Assembly (NCBI GenBank): GCA_000165425.1
Contig: CT868026.1
Span: forward strand, 1-64,000
Reading direction: 5' to 3'
DNA from: Paramecium tetraurelia
Taxonomy: Eukaryota
Length of the DNA stretch: 64,000 bases
The translations under genes and the position numbers were made by a program. The notes under the pieces were generated by a model. That model ran no database searches, was not told where the DNA came from, and saw only the letters and a list, made by a program, of their open reading frames with translations. Below are positions 37,766 to 50,667 of this stretch, one piece after another. The stretch's first letter is position 1. The number at the start of each line of letters is the position of its first letter.

Positions 37766-40700
37766 ATGGATTAGCAATTATCTGGGGTGCTCATAAAGAG
37801 GGATAAATGGAAGGCTGAGAGTAAGGTGACGAAGTGTGAACATTGCGACAGACAATTCTACTATTTGTTTAGAACCAAACACCATTGTAGGAAATGTGGA
37901 TTGGTATTTTGTTCGGAGTAACATTATCTATATATTATGGAATAGTTGTAGCAGCAACTTCATCGATGGCATTCATTTCGCATAAAACACAGAGAAGAAA
38001 GTAAGATTGTGTGGAGTTTGTTATGATTAAGTATTAAAATTGTTGAAAGCATAAGGATACAAATTAGAAAATGCATTTGAAACCAGAGTGGTCAGTGTGT
38101 CTATTGACAAGGGGTAATTGAATTTATCGAGAAGAGAATCGATACATAAATTGGATGATCAATCCTACTCTATCTCCAGATCACAAACCACTCAAGTGAC
38201 TGAAGAATAGGAGGATAACATGAATAATGATTAGGAATTCAATCCTGAGATCATTTAGGTGAGTATACAAAGTTATTTTCCCCCTGAAGAGTAGAACAAA
38301 AATAAGGAATCTGAATTATTGAAATCCTAATTGTCACTCCTGAAAGAAAAGTGTTATTCTTAAATGGAAAATATTTGTGATCATAGTTTAAAGATCTTCA
38401 TTCAACCTCAACGCAATCACGACAACCACTTCGAAGGACTCAAATCAACGACATTTGAATTTGTGAAGCGAGCAGTTGAGGACATTTAGTTTTCATCTCT
38501 CAACTCCGACCCATTGGACATCACTTGCTATGTGAAAACCAAGTTGCTCCCATACAAGGATTACTCATTGACTTGTTACTTCCCAGGAATTGTTATCAGA
38601 AAGAACATTGCGTTGAAGAGAATGTAAACTGAACTCTACAAACCTCGTATTTTGATTATCCATGGGAATCTGGATTTCATAGAAGAGACTTAACAATTTG
38701 ATGATTTCATATTGAAAGAAAAAAGAGTGCTCCAAGATTACATCGAGAAAATTAAAGAGAACTTCAAGCCTACCATTATCATCGTTGAGAAATCAGTCAG
38801 TAAAGTGGCATTGGATATTTGTTGCAAATTCAACATCACAGTTGTTCAGAATGTGAAGATCCATCAATTAAGAAAGATAGCCAAATGCACAGGTTCTAAA
38901 TTTGTGCGTCTAGACAAATTGGATGGCTATATACAGAAGGAGACATAGGTGACTGGGAATTGTGAGAAGATTTTCTTTCGCAATTTCCCAAGGCCAACTC
39001 TTGACAAATAGGATGTAAGTGGAAAGGATAATACACTGATGTTCATTGAAACAAAGGACGGCAAGAATGGAGTGACAATTATGTTATCAGGACCACAGGA
39101 AGATTTACTATAAAAATGGAAATAGTGCATTGTTGGATGCATGAGATTGGGCAAACACTTCGATGTGGAAAGATACATAATAGTGTGTGAGTAGAAATTA
39201 AGATAAAATAAACAATTCAATTTTTGTGTGGGTGATTTTACAAAGTTTTTACATGAAAAGGTGAATCTCAAAGAAGTCATCAAACCTGATCTAGCTTATG
39301 TAAAAATTAATTATGCTAGAGCAGACATTCACAACTTTAATGATATCAAGGACATGAATGCCCTATTGGCTTATTAAAAAGAGTTTCCACCTCAGAAGGA
39401 TAAGGTGGTTGACTTCTTTGCTGATATGTGCAACATGCCAACTGAGAAACCCAAGGCTTATTATCAATCAAATGATGATATGTCCATAGGTGCATTCATC
39501 ATTCTCAAAGTGGCTAATCTGCAATTCAGATGCGAATATTGTAAATTGCCCCGGAATAGTCATGTTTCCATCTATTACAATGCTGGCAGATATGTGAAAT
39601 TCAGTGTGGATGGGTCGATGAATCAAATCAAATAGATAGTGTTGCAGAAGGAATAATCGCAAGTTCAGCAGAGTGATGAGAATAGAACATTTCTATTGAA
39701 AGACTTGCCAAGCATCATCAAACAGAATCATTCCAATGAAAAGATATAGATTGAAACTTACTTCGAATGCAATCTCTGCATGCAACAACTAACAGATAGG
39801 GTCATCTTGAGTTAGAAATACTTGGAGTACTCCTTCTTAAGATTCTTGTAGCAATTGTTCCTCACTCAAAACAATAGTACAAATCAATTTCAGAATGCAA
39901 CATCATGCAATCACACTCAAGTGTAAAGAGTCTACTCCTATTACGGGTATCAGATGAAAGTGATGGTGGGGGAATTCGATGTCTATCAAACTACCTTGTT
40001 GAATTTCTCTGATAGTTCATTAAGTGATCATCTAAAAATTTGGGAGTAGAACTACATCAGACAACACAGAGATGAATTGATGAATAAGTTGAATACCTTT
40101 GGAATTACATTGATCAATCTCATACCCAAATCATTAGCCAAAGGCGAGATTGATTTACTCATCAAATCAATTAAACAACTCAAGGAGGAATGCGAGAAGA
40201 TACTGGCTGAAACACAATACACATCAATCTTTTAAGTTCTCAAGTAGTCCCAAGACTTTGGACTCCAGTACAAGAACATCATGCAAAGTATCCAAGAACA
40301 CAAGAAGAAGAAGGAATTGAATCCAGATTTTAAAAATATCATACAGAATGCTGCTGTGAATTTGAAGAATCAAGATTCCATCTTAACCAATAACACCAAT
40401 ACCATCAAGACTACTTATGAATTAGAGAAGGTTGATTCTGGAAACAATTTAAATGAAGTCAAGCAGTATCATTCGAATTAAGAATTAGAAGAACACCATC
40501 TCCAATCAGGATAAAAACATTCATTATAAGAAATTGAAGAAACAAATCATAGAGAAAGTTCAGGAAAGAATGATTTGAGTGATCTTATCATACCACCCAA
40601 TTTTTCATCTGACGCTGACATCCAATAGTCACCTCTATTTGTTAGAAATCACAGAAGAAATGGATCTGAGATTCAAAACAACTACGTCATTAATTTAGTT

Positions 40701-42241
40701 GATGCCAATCAAGGGTTACAACAATCCATTCAAAAAACTCATCATGATTCCAATAAAGACCTTGACAATGTGAATATTAACCAATCTAACAATTTCATCC
40801 CTGCTGTCGATGTCAATTAGAATAATAACTTCTAAAAAGAATGGAATATAAGTTCCTTCCTTGCAGAATAATAGAAATTGATCAAGTCTCAGATGATTTA
40901 TGTAAATGTTTATTCTTTACTCTAGGAATTTGTTCCAATCTACGAGAATCAGCCCTTATCCTATTTATCGTTCACACTCAATCACCCCAAATACATCAAT
41001 GAAATTTATCAAAAAGAAAGTAATTATGCCCATTATTAACTTAAGATTTTGGCATGATTGAGTCTGTTCAAAAATCATCTGAGTAGGCTAAACTGTTCTT
41101 CTAATAATTATTATCCCCCAAGGAACAGAAGTAAGAAGTTGAAAACATCAGATACATGAGTGTTGATTTAGGTAACAATAATTTAAATCAATAATAAATA
41201 TATTAGAAATAGGATAATAGGGACATCTTTGTATTGAAAATCAATTACGATGTTGAAAAAAAGAATGAAAAATCAAATACTTTGATAATGCAATAACAAT
41301 AAATCTAAAACAACCTATCCTCTCAATTTGATGATGCTCAAACACTATAAGAAAAATCATTACCATTAAATAATCCTTAATAATTTGTACCCACTGCCCA
41401 AGCTAGAAAAAACAAGTGGATTGAAGTGTTAATCTACTTTCCTACTCAATTTGAAGCTCTTAGATTACTTGCAGGAATCACCTTAGCTTAATTCATCAAA
41501 TCCATCTCATCCACTAATATTTGGAGTGCATCTGGAGGTAAGTCTCAGTCTAAATTCTACAAATCCAATGACGAGCTATTTGTATTCAAAAAATTAGAAT
41601 AAGACAAAGAGTTTATGATGTTTAAACAATTTGCCCTAGACTATTTCAAACACATGTACAGACACTTTTATGAATCCAAACCCTCTCTATTAAGCAAAAT
41701 CTTTGGAATGTTTGAAATTAGAGACAGAGGACAAACCGAGTACTTTTTAGTCATGGAAAATCTGTATTTCGGAATGGGTGATCCCTCTAATCTCCTGGTG
41801 TATGATCTCAAAGGAAGTGAAACCAATAGACTAGAGAAAAAGAAGAAAGGAGTTCTTTTAGATACGAATTTCAGAATTGACAGAAATTCAGAACCCATAC
41901 CTATTCTCAAGGAAAATTACAGATACAACGACAGAGCATTCCAAGTACTCATTTCATTCTTATTGTAGATCGATTGTAAATTCCTAAATAAGCAAAATGT
42001 TATTGATTATTCATTATTATTGATCATCGACTAAAAGTAAAAGAAATTGAGGATGGGTATCATTGATTATCTAAGATTTTACACTTGGGACAAGGAAACC
42101 GAACATTATTTAAAATATTTATTAAAAGGAGGAATGGTATTGCTTTGAACTAATAGTTTATAGGTGCCCACCATTGTTAATCCTGGAGATTATAAAAAAA
42201 GGTTCATTAATGCAATATTAAAATATTTTATACCAGTGTGA
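37766..42241 (+). CDS. FAB1: FAB1/PIKfyve-type phosphatidylinositol-3-phosphate 5-kinase
   Basis: N-terminal FYVE finger (WK..CEHCDRQF..RTKHHCRKCGLVFCS..VRLCGVC), CCT-like domain (YVKTK..GIVIRKNIALKRM..IIVEKSVS), Cys/His region, PIPK domain (SGGKSQSKFYKSND, LLSKIFG, LVMENL, YDLKGS, NVIDYSLL, GIIDYLRFYTWDK, PTIVNP). Confidence 0.95.
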
Positions 42242-42690
42242 ATAAATAAATTATTAATACTTTTCTTTTCAATAATATTAGTAAAATTTGTCAACATATC
42301 TGATATTTTAACCCATTCTGCTGCCGATTTCATTATCAATAACATATTATTGACATCAACCATGATTCACTTCTACCTTCTTTTGCCTGTTTGTCTGATC
42401 CTTTATTTTCAACATACTTGAGCTTTATAAAATAGATATTCAATAATACTTTAGTTATCTAACCTATTACATAAGGTTTTTCAATATAATCTCGTTTAGT
42501 TACCAACTTAGATAGAAAGTAGTAATTGAAAACATTTATATTAATATTATAAAATCAATTACTTGCTTTTTAATATAAAATATATGACTCTATTCATTTT
42601 TCTGGCCTGATTAGATCGTAATTTAACTTTTCTCGAATCAAGAATAAGCAAAAATTGAAAAAATTACAATAGAATTTTTTTTAATATATT

Positions 42691-42987
42691 TCACAAATTT
42701 CTAAAACCACCATCTTTTTTAATTTCTAAAGTGAGGACAATAGCACTCTAATTATTCATTTAGCAATATTCGTTAAGTAATTGATTTGGATTTAACCTAA
42801 TCCGGTCATAAACCAAAGTTATTGCTTCTTAAGGCATTTCAAGTAAGCTTGAGAGGTTTTCTATTATTGTTTGAATTTCAACAGTGGATTCGCAATTTAT
42901 AACGTAATTTTTGCTCTTTTCTGGATATTCAATCATAATTTATATCATATCTTGCTCACCTTTATCTGTAATTTTCTAATCACTCAT
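42691..42987 (-). CDS. Stand-alone ubiquitin-like protein (98 aa) with Gly-Gly plus a 4-residue tail
   Basis: MSDQKITDKGEQDMIQIMIEYPEKSKNYVINCESTVEIQTIIENLSSLLEMPQEAITLVYDRIRLNPNQLLNEYCQMNNQSAIVLTLEIKKDGGFRNL-TGA; beta-grasp pattern. Confidence 0.7.
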
Positions 42988-43334
42988 GTTTTTTTGTATT
43001 CAAGTAATAATTGTTAATTATTATTAACAAAATAATATAAGTGTATTGGTTAAGTACGACAAAACTTCAAAATTTAATCTTGATTCAGAAACAAGAAGAT
43101 CCAGCAAATGATTAGCTTGATTTATATATTATAATCCTATAAAAGTTCGAATTAAATAAATTGGTGAAAATTAGAAAACTTAAGTTTGGAAGGTTATGTT
43201 AACTTTTATTCAATTATACATATCTATTGAAATGGAAAGATACAACTAAATCATATATTTATTGTTATAGAATACCAAGAATTTATACTTAAGAATATCA
43301 AGGTATTTATAATAACTACTATTATGTAAATATC

Positions 43335-43454
43335 GTTGTCGGCCATACTAAGCCTAAAGCACCGGATCCCATTCGAACTCCGAAGTTAAGCGGCTTAAGG
43401 CGAGGTTAGTACTAAGGTGGGGGACCGCTTGGGAAGTCCTCGTGTTGACAACCC
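43335..43454 (+). rRNA. 5S rRNA: 5S rRNA gene, copy 1
   Basis: gttgtcggccatactaagcctaaagcaccggatcccattcgaactccgaagttaagc...ttagtact..gggggaccgcttgggaagtcctcgtgttgacaaccc. Terminal helix gttgtc/gacaac; oligo-T Pol III terminator follows. Confidence 0.98.
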
Positions 43455-43649
43455 TTTTTTTTATTTATTTATTATTTCATAATTATTTAATTTTTTTAAT
43501 TAAATCGGAATTAATTCAATTTTTATTACAAATTTTAAATCCAAATATAAGACAAAATATTTATAATTTAACTAAATTCTTTATGAATAGGTCTTATCGG
43601 TCACTTTCAGACAAATAAATATGTAGAGTCTCCATATTTCTCAATTTAA

Positions 43650-44332
43650 GTGTTATATTATATTAAATATTTAACCATTATACTCTTTATCTTTTGTCTA
43701 ATAATAATATTTGATTGTTATTAATCTTTTTCTATTATGCTTCTAGTAACAGCAAATTTTCAATGATCATGTTCTTCTGTTTATACATTGACCAATAAGA
43801 ATTATTCAGCTCTTTTTATATAAAGAAATCTATAATATTATTAGAATACTATACATATTCTTGCAATTCTTCTTTATACTGTTAGCCTTACTAATTTCAT
43901 AATTTATTATTCGAGATTTTATCTCTATTTCTTCGACTGTTTTGCTTGATTGAAATCCAGCCATAATCTCAATTTACATATAAGTACCCTTGCCAATAGT
44001 AGTCTTTATGCACTATTTTAATTTGAATTGGGAATCTGTTGCCGAGAATAACCAATTTTGCTAAAGATTTTCTGAACATAAGATTGTTTAATAATAATCA
44101 CTTTTTTCCTATTTCTATTAAGATACTTCTCATTTTTAATAATTCTAAGGATACTCCTTTTCTTCCATTAATCTCTCAAACTTTTATATTACATCTATTA
44201 TTAATCCCATAAGTTCAATTTTAATTTTCTCCTATGATTTGACAGGTCCTATTTGAAGTGGACAACCTGTATACCCTCAAATGTAAATAAATTATGACTT
44301 TCCTAGATTTGTTGATTCTTATTTTCGTTCAT
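43650..44332 (-). pseudogene. Hypothetical or degenerate coding sequence
   Basis: ATG 44332 (MNENKNQQIQESHNLFTFEG..) is followed by coding-like segments in shifting frames; no recognised domain. Confidence 0.25.
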
Positions 44333-44574
44333 TTCAATAAATTAAAATTTTTCATGTTAATTTATTGTTAAAATTAGTTTAGTTTAGGATGAAGCATACA
44401 ATAAAACAAACATTTAATATTTTATTAAATAATAATTGAGTCAACAGCATCTTGAAACCAATCCACAAGATAACATATAATAATAAGCGAAATAATTGAG
44501 TATTTATTATTTTTTGTTTATTAAATTTGCAAGAAAAATCTTGAGAAGTATTCCATTATATTATAAATTGAGAA

Positions 44575-46743
44575 ATGCGAAAAAATGTCGTACTAGATAT
44601 GAACAAACCCTTAAAATATCCATCTAATGATGCATCTGTTTGCTGGCCATCTTTTTAATCCTGCAATTTCAGCTCTCTGCCATTAAACAATTCCGCTGAG
44701 AGCAATCCTCATATGCCACTAAGCAAGTTTAGTGACTCTGAAAGCGAAAACAATCGTGTTCCCAAAAAATTAGAAAAACTTTGCTCCAATCATTGCTACA
44801 GTAAGGAAGAAAATCGAAAATCTCTTCTTATCCAATATGAAAAGTTCTGGTATTCAAAAATTATTTTATCCAACATAATAAACCTTACACTCTTAGGTTT
44901 TGCCTTCTATTTACCTTACCTTTACTTCGAGAACTCTATGTAATTAGATTATGATAATTTCTAGTGAATCAAACCCATTGCATTTTTCAATTCTTCTTTT
45001 TTTATTGATTTTGGAATTGTATACTCAATTCATCAAATTACTTTGCAAATTTCTGAAAGACTAGACCTTTTCGGTATCATTACTTAATATTACAATCTTA
45101 CTAACCTATACAATCTGTCTAAAAACAAACAATATCATTTTATTTACTATTTTATATTTCCTGATATTCTTAAGAATTTTGAAATTTATTTAAAAAATGC
45201 TAAGTTTAATCTTATTTTTTAATTATTAGTAACACAATATATTTATGAATTAGGTAAATTATTATCACAAAGATAATTGTCGTAACATTATTCCAGATAC
45301 ACTACTTCGCATGTGTTTGGGGAGTATAACTAAAAATGACAAGTTAAGAAGACTTTATTTATTTAGAATGCTTTTATAAATCATTTCTTATGTTTTATTT
45401 AAATATTAATCAAATAGAAAATTAAAATCATTTATTGATAATAATCCATTTGACGATTAGCATAATAACACTTATTTTTGTATTTATAATTTTTTAATAA
45501 TCCCAATAACAATTGTCAAAATATGAATTGGCTTTAAAAAATTATCAATTATTCTTAAAATGCAACACGTTAGAATTTAAAGTCAAATTACTCTTGTTTC
45601 ATTATTCAGCACTGTTTTTATAATTAGAAAATCAATTGAATGCCAAAGATGATATAAAGAAAAAGTATTTGCTTGAATATTTAAAAATGAAATTGGTAAG
45701 TCAAGAGCTAGGACAATTTAATTTTCTATCTTAAGCTGCTTTAAACGAAATCAGTGTAAAAGGAGTGTTTGGATAGAATTTGAAAAAATAAGTATTTTAA
45801 ATTTATAATTTTGAAGAATCAATAAGCTGAGATTAATGGATTATACATTATATTGGTTGGAATTGTCAATATAGAATTTATGGGGATTAAACTTTAGGCT
45901 GAGAGACGGAAGATTATTAATTTGTGTTTAATTGAAATGATGAACGATCAAAAATAGGGAAGAGTCCAATTCGAATAAGCTGATAACAATGATATTTTGT
46001 ACTTTTTTATTGATCAAGAGTAATTCAATGGTTGTTTACAACAATAATTTGAGAAGGTAATTAACAATATAATAATATTAAGGAGAAGTATTAAATGATA
46101 AAGGAAGATATTATCTTTAATAATAACACTAAGTAATTGAATTTCCAATGTCACTTTTGTAAATAATTTCATCCAACTTTTAATTGTGTTTGTCTGAATA
46201 TTAAAGGAAGATTCACTTATGATAAAACCAATTAGGAGAGAGGTCCTATGTTTAAGAGGAAGAATAACAATAGAACTAAGGCAGCCATCTATTAATAAGT
46301 AATTTATGACTGGAGCTTAGATAACTCACTAGGGAACGAGCAATTACAATGTATTTGAAATGAATTCAGACAGTTTCGAAGCCTTTTCGGATTTTTCGAG
46401 TGATAAATTAAGTTTGTCGAATTAGCATATGCATCATGAATTGATTGGTAAGCAGACCTCCATAAGTCAGATTCAGAAAGATATGCTGTAAATAGATATT
46501 ATTTCAGATAAGATTACTGACCCTATCATAAGCAGTACTTTTATCAAGCACTTTCAAGTTCATGAATCGACTCAAAAGCATCATGCAGAAATGATTCAGG
46601 CTGGATTTTAAGAGCTCGATGTGCTTATGGATGTTGACAAATTTTGGGAATATGAACATTACAACATTAATTTCAACTTAAATAATGTGATTCAGAAATT
46701 AAATAAATAGAAATTTTTTGAAAATTTTTTATAATAATAATGA
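44575..46743 (+). CDS. Divergent cation-channel-like protein with a degenerate cyclic-nucleotide-binding domain
   Basis: Multiple TM helices (44870-45490), a C-linker-like region, CNBD-like EINGLYIILVGIVNIEF, CHFCKQFHPTFNC, and a C-terminal MDVDKFWEYEHYNINFNLNNVIQKL of the kind seen in Paramecium channel-family proteins; several tiny introns. Confidence 0.65.
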
Positions 46744-46776
46744 TTTTCAATTTTTGTAAATATAAAATAATAAAAA

Positions 46777-47348
46777 ATGTCTCATCGATTGCTTCACAAA
46801 TTTTAAAACAAATCAGTTCAACAGATAGTTTAAGAATTGATGTATGATGAATACTTAGAAAGAGATAACATGTTAAGAAATGCCTTCAATTCGTCTCCTT
46901 TGAAGGCTGTGAAGAAAAAAATAGTATTTCCTAAGAATACATCCAATTTATAACCATCATCTAGTTTGATTACTTAACAGAGTTATCAATGCAAAATCAT
47001 TGGAGTAGTGGCTTGTTAAAAGAAGAAACACCAGGAAGCGAACAACGATGTGTCAGTAAATAAGTTATGCATTTTAGTCCAAAGAATGTTAAGAAGGCAA
47101 GTAAGCCCAAAGAATTGAGGGGATTGTCGATATCGATATCTGATCATTTGGATAATGTGGTGAGGGAGAAGAGCATTTTGCCTCGGATTCAAAGGCAGAC
47201 TCAGAAGAGCTCGGCTTTTAAAGAGGATGATTTTGAAGGGTATAGGTTGTAATCGGAAGAGATGACCCTAGAAATCGATGAATATATGAGGATGAAGAGG
47301 GATAAGGACTCTTTTTAATTGCCTAATATTTACTCAAGAAATTAATGA
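46777..47348 (+). CDS. Hypothetical basic protein
   Basis: MSHRLLHKFQNKSVQQIVQELMYDEY..; one small intron near 47050-47078 is needed to join the PKNVKKASKPKELRG.. frame; TGA at 47346-47348. Confidence 0.55.
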
Positions 47349-47530
47349 TTATTTTTATTATAATCTCCTTATGATGCGATTTAATAATATTTATTGTAAT
47401 AATATATTTTATTATAAGTTGTTTGGAGAGTCACCATCAAAATGTATGACTGACCTACTTTAAGGCGGCTATGTATAAATTAATTAAATAAAAATTAGAA
47501 TTATAATTTAAAATAAAAAAAGGGGAACGA

Positions 47531-48259
47531 ATGTCCAAAAAGAAAAAGGGCTTGTATTTCATTGAATAGATTCTCGATTATCAACAATATAATGGATAAA
47601 AATATTATCTTGTTAAATGGTAGGGATATAACAACAGAGATTGTACCTGGGAGAAACCAGAGAAGATTCCCAATTTGCCTTATTTCTTGAGTGAATACGA
47701 ATAGAACGTCAAAAATTTGGGATCCAACTTCTATCACGTTGAAAACGATGAACCACCCATGCTAGAAGATTTTATCGGAGTGCCAAGTCAATAAAAAAAA
47801 TCTGTATTGCAATAATAATAAGAATAAATAAAGAAACTTCAAGATTAAGTGAGCATATTAAAGCAAGAATTAAACCAAGTTAAAAAACAGCAGGAAGACA
47901 TTTTGTAGTTGGTGTAGACTCTTCCCTCCGAAAAGAAACCGCTCTAGCCAAATTAATAACAGGATTCTGAGAATATCTAGGATTCAATTTCCGAATTATC
48001 TCAAAAGAATACTGAGGTCAAGTAACCCAATGAGGGAGGGTTCGAATATGGTGATCAATTGGATAAAATCGGATAGGCTGCATAGATCAAATAAACAGGC
48101 ATCAAAATGTATTATTTGTTATGGCAAAAGCGGCCTAATGGTACTACTAAAATCAATATATTAGGAATAATTCCAAAAAATCGATGGGTGAACAGTGAGT
48201 ATCTATAAAAATATGATATCAAATCATTGTGTTACTATCTATAAAAAAAATTATTATGA
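47531..48259 (+). CDS. HP1-like chromodomain protein with a coiled coil and chromoshadow-like C-terminus
   Basis: LYFIEQILDY..KYYLVKWQGYNNRDCTWEK (Y/W/Y cage residues present); central QIKKLQDQVSILKQELNQVKKQQ coil; C-terminal GFEYGDQLDKI..MYYLLWQKRPNG|IIPKNRWVNSEYLQKYDIKSLCYYLQKKLL-TGA. Confidence 0.85.
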
Positions 48260-49023
48260 ATTTATGTTTATTTCAATAAATATTTAATCAAACAGATAGA
48301 CTAAGCTTATAACTCTGAAATCTTTATTAAAATAGAAAAGATATCAAAAATATGAATTACTTTATTTAATTTATTACAAATGAACAATATTGTATAGATG
48401 TTCAATATATTGGATGGATACCAATAGAATGCATTTGATCTACATCTAGACAAAATGCAAGATATGTAGCCTAAATTACTGTAATATATAAATTAATTAA
48501 CAGTTCTTCTATGTGATTAAACTATGTTGTAAATTTCTTATGTTATCAGGATATCATAAAGTTTCATTATTTAGATTCTAGAATAAAATGATATCTATGG
48601 TTTCATCATACACAAGTTGATTCCTGTAAATTGTATTTTTTCAATAGGAATGACTTGAATAGTTTAGGTAGATGGAAAGTCAATCTTCAATTAATAATGT
48701 CGTGATAGAGAACTTATGAATGAATAAAATTTATATTAATCAAGAAGTTGATTTAATTTATATACAATCACTAATGCTGTCGATAAATAATCTTGCCAGA
48801 ATAAATTGCAAACCAAAAATTTGCCATGAATTCGTAATAATTAGAGCTTTCTAATTAGATTCACATATCAAACAGAATATCAACTATAATTTTAAGCTTA
48901 ATTTCTTTCAATTCGTGCAACGATATAAGAATCAAGAACTCAAATTTATTATTATTCTTTAAATATTTCAGATAGTATTTAAGAAAGCGGGATGTATAAA
49001 TAATGAAATGAATTGTAAATATC

Positions 49024-49143
49024 GTTGTCGGCCATACTAAGCCTAAAGCACCGGATTCCATTCGAACTCCGAAGTTAAGCGGCTTAAGGCGAGGTTAGTA
49101 CTAAGGTGGGGGACCGCTTGGGAAGTCCTCGTGTTGACAACCC
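49024..49143 (+). rRNA. 5S rRNA: 5S rRNA gene, copy 2 (C34U relative to copy 1)
   Basis: Identical to 43335-43454 except ggattcca vs ggatccca at 49057; oligo-T follows. Confidence 0.98.
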
Positions 49144-49282
49144 TTTTTTTATTTATTTATTATTTCATAATTATTTAATTACATTATTAAGTCATAATGA
49201 ATATACATTTTTAGCTTTAGCATATAATTATAATATAGCATTTGATACAAATAATTATACATTCAAATTTAAATAATTAGAT

Positions 49283-50244
49283 TCATTTTAGTTCAATTGG
49301 AGAGATAAGGCCATAAAACATGATGTTAGAGGCTGTTATTACACTATATGTTTCCAATTAAAACTAAAAATATATTTAAATTATTTACCCTTCCTTTTAA
49401 AATTTATAATGTCACCATCACCAGTGTCGTTCCATACAAAAAGGCCACAATAGAATTGACAAATAACCAGTAATCAAATACCAAGGGCAGTAGACTAAAA
49501 ACACAGCATAAGGCAATGGCGACTAAATTATTATCATGTATTTACCTAGAGGAAGAATTCTTTGCTTTTCAATTGCTATGTAAATGAACAGAGTCAAGGT
49601 GATTAAAATATTAAATAGAAACTGTTGTAAGGCAAATTAAGTAACTAAATCGGCAGCTAGCAAATATTATAAATATATTGCTTACTAGTAAGTTAAATCC
49701 CATTTGAAACGTGAATTCTTTCGTTGCTGAAGGATCTGCAAAACGTCAAATAGGTCTAGGTAGTAAAATACACTTGAAACAACAATATCACGCAATTCTA
49801 AGGATACTATGGAATATAATTATTTGAATCTACCTGTCTAGAGAATTTGACAGTTCCAAATTTAGCCATTCCATACATCAAAATTACTGATATGTGAAAT
49901 AAGTAAGGAGATATTAGGTCAATAAAGGTGGGCATTTCCCCTTTTTGAAGGGCATATAGGACAAAGAACTGAAATAATGACCAGATTATAAAAGTCAATA
50001 AGACTTTCAATAGGCACCTCTTTTACAATTTGAAATTTTATTAATGGATTAGGCCTGAAGCAGTATTATTTTGTATGTTATCCTGGTCTTAACTCATTGC
50101 TGGTTCTTGCTGAGCTGAATTTATTTCAACTAATTGATGTGTTAGACTTTGTTGGAGGTTTTGATCTTAATTTGAAAATTGAAAAGCACTTTTTTAAGGG
50201 CAAGATATCAATTGTTATCGAGAATGGTAAAGCTTATTTCCCAT
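49283..50244 (-). CDS. Multipass membrane protein, possibly a divergent TMBIM/Bax-inhibitor-1-like protein
   Basis: MGNKLYHS.. polar N-terminus, then KRCLLKVLLTFIIWSLFQFFVLY and about six further hydrophobic helices, ending YSVITASNIMFYGLISPIELK-TGA; tiny introns. The family assignment is tentative. Confidence 0.6.
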
Positions 50245-50667
50245 TAAATAATATTTAATGATATTCCATATTAATAAAATGAGTTACTATATGATGAATT
50301 ACAAGATATATATGAGATTCCAAGACTATTTATTTTATACTTCTTTTTTGAATAGGTAAAACAGAAGGGAATAGGAGATGTGACAGCATTTCATTATAGA
50401 GATTTGAGTTTTGTAGAATCAATATTTTTTTTCATATTATAAACAGAATTTATACAATTTAATGAAATTCAAAAATATTATAAATTATTTTCTTAATAAT
50501 GGTTAATAGAAATATAAATTTATAATACTAGACTGAAGAGTCTTGAATGTTTTATTATTGAATTTCTATTATTGTAGATATTTTTCTCTATCATTTAACA
50601 TTCATATGCAATTAATATATTTATATTAATTAATATTTATTTTAGGATAAAAATTAGAAATAACTCA

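Noticed and set aside
42255..42600. Small minus-strand ORF after FAB1
   Set aside because: Coding-like but interrupted by TGA in each frame tried; no domain.
48380..48760. Small plus-strand ORF upstream of 5S copy 2
   Set aside because: The frame closes soon after the putative intron; no supportable product.
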